From Ostrea edulis (Eukaryota), in assembly GCF_947568905.1 (NCBI RefSeq), contig NC_079167.1, forward strand, positions 53,506,001-53,570,000: a stretch of 64,000 nt of DNA, read 5' to 3'. Position numbers and translations under genes: made by a program. This document shows, piece after piece, positions 53,140-64,000 of the stretch (within the stretch, counting starts at the first letter, position 1; every line of letters begins with the position of its first letter). The notes under the pieces are model-generated. The model ran no database searches and was not told the origin of the DNA. It was given only the letters and a program-made list of their open reading frames with translations.

Positions 53140-53819
53140 GTAAATACAGCGAGTTATCTTTTCCGTGACAACGATACAATTAGTATAGCCCTTTAATTTC
53201 TTAGGTAACGTCAGTTTTGAAACACGATTTAACGTTAAGGTACCGACTGCATTTATACAGAAGAGACATTTCAAATCAAAGAATGACTTCAATATGTTTG
53301 TTATCAGCGCAAAGATGGTTTAATATTAATCTCAAATCCAAATGACACTTTCTTAAACTCGTCACATTACGATTGGTTCATTGCCCCCTACCTCCACTGA
53401 AAGCTGTACCCCCTAGTGGCACACACTAAAATTGAAGTTTTCACCGTTTATTTGACGTGAAATTTCGGAAATCATAGAAGTATCTGCTACAGCATTATGT
53501 GCAGAAACCATGCGTATTAGTTATATTATATTGAGTGGTAGAATAATTGAAAATTTCACCAAATATCGATCATCAAATTTGCATCCTTACGAGTGGTTGT
53601 CGAATATTGTTGAAGTGTTCTCCTATTTCTAGCACGAACTTCAAGGTGGGAAACGAGTAAGTGGGCACTGTGTTCCGTCGTATGTTAATATAAGACTAGT
53701 TTTATTTCTTAACCAAGCTAAATATGTCAACTTATCTAGTAAAACACGCTTCGAATTCCGTACCCCCTAAAGTCATTATTCCGCACCCCCAAATGTGGGG
53801 TTGTACACGGTGATTATAT

Positions 53820-54600
53820 AGCTTTCGAACAAAAAGCATCAGATGGGTTTCATGTGTACTGTTCTCAATGGAAATGTAATGTAAATGTTGAGAAAACGAA
53901 GGTGTTAGTGTTTTCAAAAAGCCCAAAGCCTAGAAAGTATATACACAAGAAAGTGAAAATATGCATATAAAAGCCCAAGTATAATTATGTTATTGGAAGT
54001 GTGAATGAATTCAAATATTTAGGTATGTCGATCAAGCACAGAAAGCCATGTACATGCACAACAATGAGAATGTGAACTCATGGGGTTATTTGATAAGAAA
54101 TGTTTTAGATTCCTGTGGTTTTTCTAATATTTGGACAGGACAGCGCTCTGTACTGTTTGATGTCAAATGGATTACTGCTGTAATTAAACAAATACTATTA
54201 AAAGACCAGTGTATACAGGAGTGGACAAATTGTATGAAAAATTCGTCAGCGGGTCAAGTGTAGAAAAAAAATTGAGCAAAACTTTGGCTTCGAGAAATAC
54301 TTAAACATTCTTTCGGAAATTTTTTTCGAAACCTCCTGTTAAATTCAGAACAACAAACCACCATTAACCCATAGAGGTAGGTAGGTGGTATGGAATTCCA
54401 GTAAATGATAGAAATTGCACACTCTGTAATACTGGTAAAATTAGCCGACGAATACCACTTTATCTTGTAATGTAAATCCCTATCCACTTTACGAAAAGGA
54501 TTTTTGGTCTCTAGATATTGTCGAGTATGAAATACACTGAAATTTAGAGAATTATTTACAACCATTAAAAGAAACAATGTATATCTTAATATTTCTAAAA
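53820..54600 (+). mobile_element. Decayed CR1/L2-group LINE ORF2 3' remnant
   Basis: Broken frames: YCSQWKCNVNVEKTKVLVF, CGFSNIW, LKDQCIQEW, PIEVGRWYGIPVNDRNCTLC..DEYHFIL. Confidence 0.75.
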
Positions 54601-55118
54601 TTTAGGAGTTAATCTGCTGTCCTCCCTAACATGTATATTTACTAAATGACTCATTACAAAGTAAACATATACTATTAATCAACAAACGGGATGTCGGCTT
54701 CTTTGAAACATTCCAAGATTACTCCATGTAGTGTCCCAGAGTGAATTCCTTGAAACACCATGCATGTCTTGGTTCATTATTCACTCGGAACAAGAGGAAT
54801 TATTCTATCTGTTGTGTGGTGTTTGACGATTCTACATGTAGGCCTCCTAGTACACACGCGATATTTCTCCATAACATGTGTACATATATATTTTTGTTAC
54901 ATTTCAGGCACTTGGATCTTATTTTGTTTCTACAAAAAAAAAAAATCTCTGGGCAAATTAGAGTGAAGCATATTTTGATAGTTCCTGGTTGTGGCAAGCG
55001 AAGAAGGGGGTGGGACTTTGGATCAACCTTTGATCGAACCCGGGGGCCTTGCATTAAAAGTTTGACGAGATCATCGGGTAGGCATACGAAGTATAGTAAT
55101 ATTGATACAATATGAATC

Positions 55119-55688
55119 CTCCCGTGGGGTTCCGGATAAGAATAGGTCGTAAGTACCCCTTGCTTGTTGGAAGAGGCGACTAAATGGGGGCAGTTCTTCA
55201 AAGGAGACACCGGGGCCCCTTGTCACAGCAGGTGTGTCACGATAAATATCCCTCTCTGCTTAACGGCCGTAAGCGCCGAGCATAGACCTAAATTTTGCAG
55301 CCCTTCACCGCCCTCAAGGGTGCAGGAGTTCCGAAATTTACAATTTATGTCCATCTTTTCAAAAAGATGCTTCATACCAAATTTGAAAAGAATTTAAAGT
55401 ACAGTCATCAAAAAGTTAAAAATGTTCAATGACCCGGGAGTTCAACCCTCCTACCCCGGGGATCATGAAATTACAATTTTGGTAGAGGCCTTCCTGCTTA
55501 ACATAACGATGCATTTAGTCTTTCTTACAGATATGCGGTTGTAGAGAATATTTATGGTCAATTTTTGCACCGATCCAAAGGCCTTGGGAGAGCAGGAGTT
55601 CTGAAATGTACAATTTTATGTCTCCCCTTTTAACGAACGACGGACGCAGGCAAATATAGCAATAGGTCGTCCGAGTGACCTAAAATAT
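55119..55688 (+). mobile_element. SINE fragment (55119-55290) fused to a Cg170-like HINE 3' part
   Basis: cccgtggggttccggataagaataggtc..gtaccccttgcttg SINE body, then satellite-like units and gacggacgcaggcaaatatagcaataggtcgtccgagtgacctaaaa. Confidence 0.65.
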
Positions 55689-57850
55689 CTCGAATTTCGC
55701 ATAGACAACGACTGTGGACAACTTGGTCCCAAATGAATGTCCATTTTCAGTGATTTTTTCACCTATTTGCAAATAACGACATGCAAATTTTACTCCAATG
55801 CTGACGACTGTCAACTTTTTCGATCATGACTTCATTAACTTTTGTAGAACGTGTTTTGGTCTATACATGACGTATTTACAACCATGTTATGAAAAGTTAC
55901 AACAGCGGACCACAAGCTCTCGAACACTGAACCAAGATTTTGGTCGAGTGCTGCACGGACAGGTGGTAAACTGCTTTCTTGATGGGCGGGGAAATTCCGA
56001 ACTTTGTTTCTTTTGGTTTACCGAAAAATGTGCAAGAAAATTTACAATTTGTGTTTTATTTTGATATATAACGTTTAATTTTGTTTATACTTTATGCTTA
56101 AATTTTGGATAAGTAAAATTGACAGATGGTGTTTTCAATGTTTCGGTATTGACTGGTGGCCTACACGTGGTTTGGCATCATGTAAAGTACTAACTGATTA
56201 ATGTGTCATTGACATATGAACTCGAAATACTACAATAAAATTGTATTGAATGTAGATATATGTTAATGATGCCTCAATTCCATGAAAGAGACTTTGCTTC
56301 CCAAATGCCTTTTCATTTGCCATACACACACCTCTAATTTTCGATTTTGCCCATTTGATGAAATTTAAGGATATCTTATTTTTAAGGGCAGATAAAAGAT
56401 GAAAATGTAACCCCTTCTTCAGAATTAAAATATGTATTTCAAAACTACTCTATTTCAGAACAACTTGGACACAACAGAATATTTGCCATGGACATGGTTT
56501 AATTTCGTATAAACATGAAATCTTAATAATTAATAATAAATATTATACAAAATTAAATTAAAACAATCAATATCTTATTATAAAACAACTTGCCACAAGA
56601 TCTATATGTCCCCCATGGATTGCTAAGGTGTACCTGAAATGTACATTGGTACACGAAAACCTTTGTCATGGAGAAGTCAAGGATACATTTCCCTAATTCT
56701 TTGTACAATCAAACGGCTTTGTCCTTTGGTCAACCTGAAATTTCTGAGAACTTTACAACACCAGATAGTATGAACAGTGGAAGTTTCCTTCACTTGATGC
56801 ATGTATTGCACATGAAAAATTTGCCAAATATATCATGGAAAAAAAAAACAAGGTAGATTGCTTTAAAATGTTTGCATGTTGCCCTTGCATTAAATAATAC
56901 TGTATATCAACTTGCGTTCCGGGTTATAATCTGTGCTGAATCTGCATACTTATATATGTTGCACAGTGTCCCCTAGTTTAACCTTGTGTTGAAGTGACTT
57001 TACAGAAGAAAACATAACAATACATATTTTCAATACAAAAAGGCTGACGTATTTCACTTCAGCTTTTGCTATATGACAAACAGACCTACATGTATAATTT
57101 GTATTGCATGTAGTGTTCTTTGAAGTAAAAGTAAGGAAGACAACTAATTAATACAGATAATTATACAATAAGGAGGCTCCACTCATAAAAAGGATTTTTA
57201 GAAACTGATTTTCAAAGTAAGATCACGATGAGAACAAATTTTGCTGTTGAAAATTTGTGAAATTACACATGAGCATAACACATTGAGCAGAGATAAGGTA
57301 TTGAGAGTATTAAAAAAAAAAGACAGAAACTAAGGTTGAACCTCCTTAAGAACATACAAAGCTCATCCAAGGGACACACTTTTCTTTTATGTAATATGCT
57401 GCCTATTCACAATGGAGATCCATACGTAAGATTATAGGGACCCCAAAGAGAGCCTGACCAAACAAAGTCACATTGGACAACTGACAAAATGTTAACAAAT
57501 CAGATACATGTCAATATCACATGACTCATCTTCAAGTGCTGCCCACAAGAGGCTACATTTTCATGCACAAATTTAAGGTGAGGATGACAACAAATGACTG
57601 TCACCTACCAAATTAAAGTGTCAGAAGAAAAATAACACCAATCCAGGCAAGCTGATGTTCAGTATCAATAAATATAGGATAAAACATGTATAGAAATAAA
57701 ATTCCTTCCAGTCTAATCCTTAGCATTGCAGGTCTGTACAACTGGCCTTTGAGTCACTGACAAGCCTTCCTTGGTTCTTGTCGTGTGTGCTTCCTGTCAC
57801 AACAGCTCTTGTAATACTTTTTAAAAAATCACACTATGAAATGCTGTTTG

Positions 57851-60800
57851 CTATTCAAACAGTGCCAACAAGTCATCATTATTGCTATTGGCACTGGCTG
57901 AGGTTTGATTGTTTGTGGACGTTGAATTACTGTTGCTCGTGTTTGTATGCTGTGTTCCAGGTGAGTCACTTGCCGAGTTCTCTGGTGGTCCCAGATATGA
58001 TAATAGTTCAATAGGATCACCAAAATTTTCTAGCTGGATCTGAAAACAGAACAGGAAGTTATATATTCTGTCCATAGCTGAAATGATTAATACTGTAAAA
58101 AGTCAAATTTTTAGCGCTCTATTCTGTATGACACCCCCCCCCCCTCTCCATCTTTCTGTGGTTATTGTTGATACAGTATGAGTATTTCTGGGAGATTTCT
58201 TCTCTGCATCAAATCCTAAGAATATCGATCAAATAAAGGTCTTCCATATCTAATAAAGTCTTGCCTTTTTTAAAGTTTTTTATTAGTTTACTATCATTAA
58301 TGTCTTCCAATAGATTACTAGGCTAGAATTAATGAATAGGGCCACAAAACTCACCTGAACCACTTCACTTATATATATAAATTAAAACTTTAAACACCAC
58401 CATGGCAAGGAATACACACTAGATAAGAATGATTGCTTGACAAATTGCTCTTGAGAAGAAATTTTTAACAGAGATTCCCTATAGATTAAAAAATTTATTG
58501 TTACGGAAATGTTATTCTCCTTTTCTTTTGAAATAACAAGAGGCCCAAAGAGCCACAACTGTCATCTGAGTGGCATCGCTTTAGTCTATATTGTGGTATA
58601 TTTCTGGGGAATTTCATTATATGAGCAACTACATGTTTGAAAATTTGATGTGAACCTGACAATAATGGTTGCATGAACACTTTCAACCATAACTATTAAA
58701 ATTTTAAAATTTTCTTTATCAATTTTATTACTCATTTATAAGTTACTTCTTTATTTCATTATGATTTATGACCTAATTATAATCACATGTATGTGTCCGG
58801 CCATCAAAAGACAGTACCACAGTCATTAGACGTGTTGGTACACGATGGTCCTTATTTATTTATATTTATTTTTTAAACCATGGGACAACCCATACGTCCC
58901 ATACGGAGCATATGGAATGTTACTACAACACACTTCAACTTCACTATGTTGGTGCATTTGGGAGGTGTTGGAGGGTGAGGCTGGATCGCAATGAGATGGA
59001 TAGTATTATGGTATATAATACAGTCACCATTCGGTTAACGATATATAGTTAACCAATCCTACGAATATCAAACAAACAACCATAACGATGATGCAGCATT
59101 TGTCCTCAGATGAATTTATATTCTTAAGTAAATTTGTTATCTACTTTTGTTGTCCCACTTAAGCCCTCACTCAGGTTATGGTTTGAAAAAACTTGAATCA
59201 AAACTATACAAGATAACAATGAGCACTTTTATTACCATTCTTATCTACTTATCAATTTCTACATCAACAATATATTCCTATATGTTTTTTAAAACTCCTA
59301 TTGCAGGCCCCAGGAGATGGTACAATCCTGGATCCAACACTGGAGATTGGTCTCAAGACTACAGGAAATTAGGGTCATTTTCTGAAGATTTTACAACCAC
59401 AGTTTTACAAAATATGTAGTAATTGAAACATTCATTTATTATTTAATACTTATTTCTTTAAGAGAAAAACAATGATTAAACGGACCCCCCCCCCCAATTT
59501 GCAATGGATTTTTGTGTATTAATGAGTTCAGTGAATTAGTATCACAATCCCATAACCTTCATCCTTCTACAAACTTACTCGAATACAGATTACGATACTG
59601 ATCAATCTCCTACGGTTGCAAAGAAAATAAACTATAATTATCATTGATCAGTCCATTATTCAACCCTAAGTAACGGCAGATGTAATTTGCAAGAGTAATA
59701 GTTAGTCGGCCCTCTAAGTAATAGCTAGGCTGTGTTGCATCATTCTTATATTTAACCTTAAGTCGGTAAGGGATAAGGAATGGAAAATAGGTATACTTAG
59801 ATGACCTTGAAAATAACTGAATCAATTGGGTCACTTACATCCAAGTTGGTACTTTGACTATCATTCATAATGGCAGATGGATCCAAATTGATATCTTCTA
59901 TTGAATTGCAAGTATCTGCCACTGATGCGTGATTCTGACTGCTAGGAGGAGACTGGTGATCAAGTTGATTGCTGCCATTACTCATGCTTTGCGATGATTG
60001 GCTGGAGGGAGTCATGCGACTGTTCATATTGTTTTGATCAGATTGCCTTAAAATGGGTATGCCTTGGTCTCCTGACACTGGAACATACTGTCCTGAATTG
60101 TGGGTCATTTGAGAAGAGTCACTTTGTGGCACATTATTCATAGAACTCACACTGTTCATAGAGTTTCCATTACTGATATTGTTTATACTCTCCGTCATTT
60201 GTGTGAGTGGAGAACTATAGTCAGGGGAGGGACCTGCTAGAGGATAACCTGTACCAACTGGGCCATTCGGCATGCTTTCACTGGGCATTCCTGGATACTG
60301 TGATCCTGCAACAAAAAGGCAACAAAGCACACATGAATATCTTATTGACATGAATGATGAAATTTGAGCCCTAATTGTGACCCTCACTACTCCAAAATAT
60401 ATCTCTGAATGCTTGCATGCTATGATTTTACTAAGACTCATAGGCCTTCAAGATCACCTTGGGCTTATGCAATAAAAAAATCAATTGACCAATTTCATAC
60501 TTTGAGAGCTGAATCTTGGCTTTTGTTGTTGTTATTATTTAACGTCCCTTTCAATTCTTCGAATGTCTTTCCATAACAAAATTGTGTTCTGGATATTTGT
60601 CCTATTATTCATATATGACTTTGATCTTGGCCAATTGACAATAGATCAAGGCCACAAAACATCCTGGTCAAAGTAACAATTGTTCCATAAGAGATTTAAC
60701 AGCTTATCTATTACAAAATTATGACTATGCACAAATATTTTGAAGATTTTAATTACTGAACTTGACCTTTAAAGAATGACCTTTATCCAAAGACAAAAGA

Positions 60801-63560
60801 AACTTTCTGGTCATTGGCAACCTCTGCTTTTAAAAGTATGAGTTTCTAAAGTCTAAATTACAAAATTGCGACTGTTACAAATATTTTTACAAATGAAGAA
60901 TTCTAGTGACCTTGATGAACAAATATGGTTAAGGGTCATGACAGATCATCTAGTCATAATTAAACTTTATACCAAGAATGCAAATTTAATATCTTTCCAT
61001 TACAAAGATAAGGCCAAAACAAAAGTAGAATGGAAAGGACAGCACAGACAGACATTTTATTTAAGGTTTTGGCTTTGCTCTTAGCTCCCATGAGGGAAAC
61101 ATGAAATTTACTATTTTTGATCTCCTTATCCAATGGTTTATGCTATATACCAACTTTGGTCAAGTTGTGCTTCAGGAGAAATAAAGATCCTCCAGACAAC
61201 ACATGATAGGTAAATCAAGCAATTTGAATCAATGTAATTCAAATGTGGAAAAGATGAAGATCTGGTCAATAACACTGAATTGACCAATCTTTGATCCAAC
61301 ACTGGGATAGTGCGACCCATCTGTACTCCATGTATGAGTAGTCTGATGTTTATATTTCACTGACATATAGTAGTACACACAGGGTTTTTGAGGAGAATAT
61401 CAAAAGAGGCTCAAGGGCCACAATGCTCATCTGAGCAGCTGCATTTTCCCATGCAAATATACACTACATCAAGATGCTTGCATATTAATTAGGCCTCAAC
61501 AAGGTAATTGTAGTTTCTGGTTCCCTCTGCCAAGATTATCAGGGAAGTTATATCTTTTATATATATCAAGGGTGATAGAGTTATCAGAATATTTCACATA
61601 CCTTGGCCTGAGGTCATGGTGAAGGGTGATGCAGCTTGTCCCCTGCCTCCTGTCAAGTCCCATGTACTCATGGTGGGTAGCTGCATGCTGGAAGGCGACA
61701 TAGCCTTACCCCATCGACTACCACAAGAGTTATCTCCTAAATGATTTAAATATTTGTAATTCATGTCACATTCTTTCATTTCATTCTATAATACGAGAAG
61801 TACATGTAACACATCATATACTTTCTTGGGAGAAAAGAACAAGGTAGGATAAAGTCATATTCGTACACAGGTAACTATCAATTTCAATTATCCTCGTCTT
61901 GGCTTTTTTTCCCTCTCCATCTATCAATATGCAAATTTACACATGTTCTTTCAAAAATGTCAATCTCATGAAGTAGGATTAAATCCCATTACATAAATTT
62001 CTTTAAAATCTTCTCTCCATACCTCTGAGTTTATACAAGCCATTGCTCAGTAAGTAATTAGTACCTAAACAAAGATTGTTAGGAAAAAAATCCAAGGTTT
62101 GGTAATTAGCAATAACACACTGTCGTGTCCCACACCTGGGTATCATTGCCTGTGAAATGATCATTGACCAGTGGCAATTTGAAGTCAGTCGGGCAAATAT
62201 AGTAACTGAGAAGCTTTAGAGTGGCCTTTTGAGTTTTTGAGAATCAGACGGTAATGGGCTTAAAAAAGCTCACCTGAGAAAATTTATACACGAGGAAATT
62301 TTGGAAAGTAAATCATGAAAGGTTTTGATTTAAAGACTCAAAAGTTTGCACAATAATCAATTCGTAGAAAAGTCAATCGAACATCAAGATCTTGTTCCAA
62401 AGCATAAATGTTGGTGTCAATATAAAGAGTTTCAAACAAGAATTCTCCATTTAAAATTTTATCACTTCCAGATTCATTAGCTAGTCAACTAAATTTGATC
62501 TTTTTCTTTTTGAAGATGTCACTTTCAAAATATCACAATATTTTATATTCTAAAACATGTAAAATGAACATGTCTGCAGGTATTCTCCGAGAGTTGTAAA
62601 TATGAAGTATATTCTAGATATCTCAGATCAAGAATTTGTTATATACATTATAGAAGAAAGGTTATTCAGAGCAATGAATGGAATCAATTGAGATCAAGAA
62701 AAGTCTTTAATGTTATATAATAAGAGACTTTAAGGAGTTTGATCTCTAAATCTTTCAAGCCTTATGTCTCTTAAACATGAAACATGTTGATAGCATTATA
62801 GAAGAGAAAATTATCATTTTGATCATTTCAAGTGATCACACCCATTTCAAGCTCAATATTACTACATGAAAAATAGGTATCTTATCATAACCTGGAAAGC
62901 TATAAACAATCTGTGATAACTTATTGATGTTAACGATTTTGAGCTCTATCAGTTTATAACAAGATATTGTGATTGGCCCCTGGGAATTTGAAAGCTATAT
63001 ATATCTATTCTAGTTTAAAAACAATGAATAGAATCAAGAAAATTAATCAGAGTCTGACAAATCTCAGAGGACAGTAAAAATAAAGATCGTTAATTGCAAT
63101 CTTTAATCGACAGTAAAGATTTTACATCATTAATTGCAATCTTTAATGTCTACTTGTTCTAGAAAACCAATAATATCAATCTTAACAAAATGCAAATCTT
63201 ATCTCATTTAAGATTTGATAGAAGACCTACCCTTATTTCACATCAAGACCTGACCTAGTTATGATCACATGTGAAAGCTTAAAACCAAAAACATTAACTT
63301 TCCTGCAAAGAAATATTGAAACTGATGTTTGCATCTACTTTTTTCGCAGATGAGCAGAACAAAATGGAAGGTGTGCCTTCTACATTAAATCTATATCTGG
63401 AAACCTACCAGTGTCTTCCTCTTTCACAGTTTTATGCTGCACTGGTTTCCAAGCTGCCATGGGGTCAATGGTAACCTCCTCAAATTCTGTGGTCTGAAGA
63501 TTTGTTAGTATACCCCAAATGTACTGGTCAATCTCCAAACCCTCCAATAATGCTGTTTTA
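57851..63560 (-). CDS. ZMIZ1: Zinc finger MIZ domain-containing protein 1 (tonalli/ZMIZ1 family), 3' four coding exons: 63409-63560, 61602-61736, 59839-60305, 57851-58039; gene continues beyond the window
   Basis: [40 protein letters not shown] matches the post-SP-RING segment of ZMIZ1 ([18 protein letters not shown]...FEEVTIDP). The C-terminus [11 protein letters not shown]...[12 protein letters not shown] matches the ZMIZ1 end. Splice phases 2,1,1,0 are consistent with GT-AG. Confidence 0.93.
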
Positions 63561-63691
63561 CTGTAATCAAATTTATATATCCAATAATGCTGTTTTACTG
63601 TAATCAAATTTATATATCCAATAATGCTGTTTTACTGTAATCAAAATTATATATCCAATAATGCTGTTTTACTGTAATCAAATTTATATAT
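63543..63691. repeat. 37-bp x4 tandem repeat spanning a ZMIZ1 intron/exon junction
   Basis: tccaataatgctgttttactgtaatcaaatttatata at 63543, 63580, 63617 and 63654. Confidence 0.95.
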
Positions 63692-63752
63692 TGCATATCT
63701 ATTTCTTGGCAACATATGCAATATACCATGGTTCACTTTGGCAAGCCAAGTA

Positions 63753-64000
63753 TCCGATTGACTTACTCTCATCTCCTACGTAAGCGAATCAGACACCTGT
63801 CCCGATTCACTTACTCTCATCTCCCACGCAAGAGAATCAGACACCTGTCCCGATTCACTTACTCTCATCTCCCACGTAAGAGAATCAGACACCTGTCAGG
63901 ATTCACTTACTCTCATCTCCCACGTAAGCGAATCAGACACCTGTCCCGATTCACTTAATCTCATCTCCCAAGTAAGCGAATCAGACACCTGTCCCGATTC
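63753..64000. repeat. 48-bp minisatellite (>=5 units) in a ZMIZ1 intron
   Basis: tcacttactctcatctcccacgtaagagaatcagacacctgtcccgat repeated to the window end. Confidence 0.95.

Larger units (their letters stand above)
50700..53812. mobile_element. 3.1-kb non-autonomous element with CACCGTG termini, ~441-bp TIRs and a 5-bp TSD (Transib-like signature)
   Basis: The left arm 50700-51996 (interrupted twice) is the reverse complement of 53372-53812. ATTAT flanks both ends (50695-50699, 53813-53817). Confidence 0.8.

Overview
AT-rich, intron-containing eukaryotic DNA. The repeat families resemble those of the Pacific oyster (Crassostrea/Magallana gigas); this organism call is inferred from remembered repeat sequences and was not database-checked. 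Three spliced protein-coding genes can be built by hand. (1) On +, a 5-exon, 176-aa saposin-B-like (Canopy/MZB1-type) protein with a signal peptide and C-terminal HEEL (28003-35591); it needs a GC-AG intron and a 36-nt microexon. (2) On -, a 3-exon, 138-aa Ly6/uPAR three-finger, quiver-like protein (43954-49419). (3) On -, the last four coding exons of ZMIZ1/tonalli (57851-63560); one of its splice acceptors is tandemly quadruplicated. A DUF4806-type pseudogene (19809-20950) lies next to an EnSpm/CACTA-like end. The rest is dense, often nested mobile DNA: Helentron-type non-autonomous elements (HINEs) with ~155-170-bp arrays, tRNA-derived SINEs, RTE, CR1/L2 and Gypsy remnants, and Penelope-like fragments, one with an intact minimal hammerhead ribozyme. 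DNA-transposon derivatives include Kolobok and hAT-like MITEs, two IS3EU-like elements with 6-bp TSDs, and a 3.1-kb CACCGTG-ended element with 441-bp TIRs and a 5-bp TSD (Transib/RAG-superfamily-like signature). There is no CRISPR array, rRNA or bona fide tRNA gene, and most ORFs in the supplied track are spurious.
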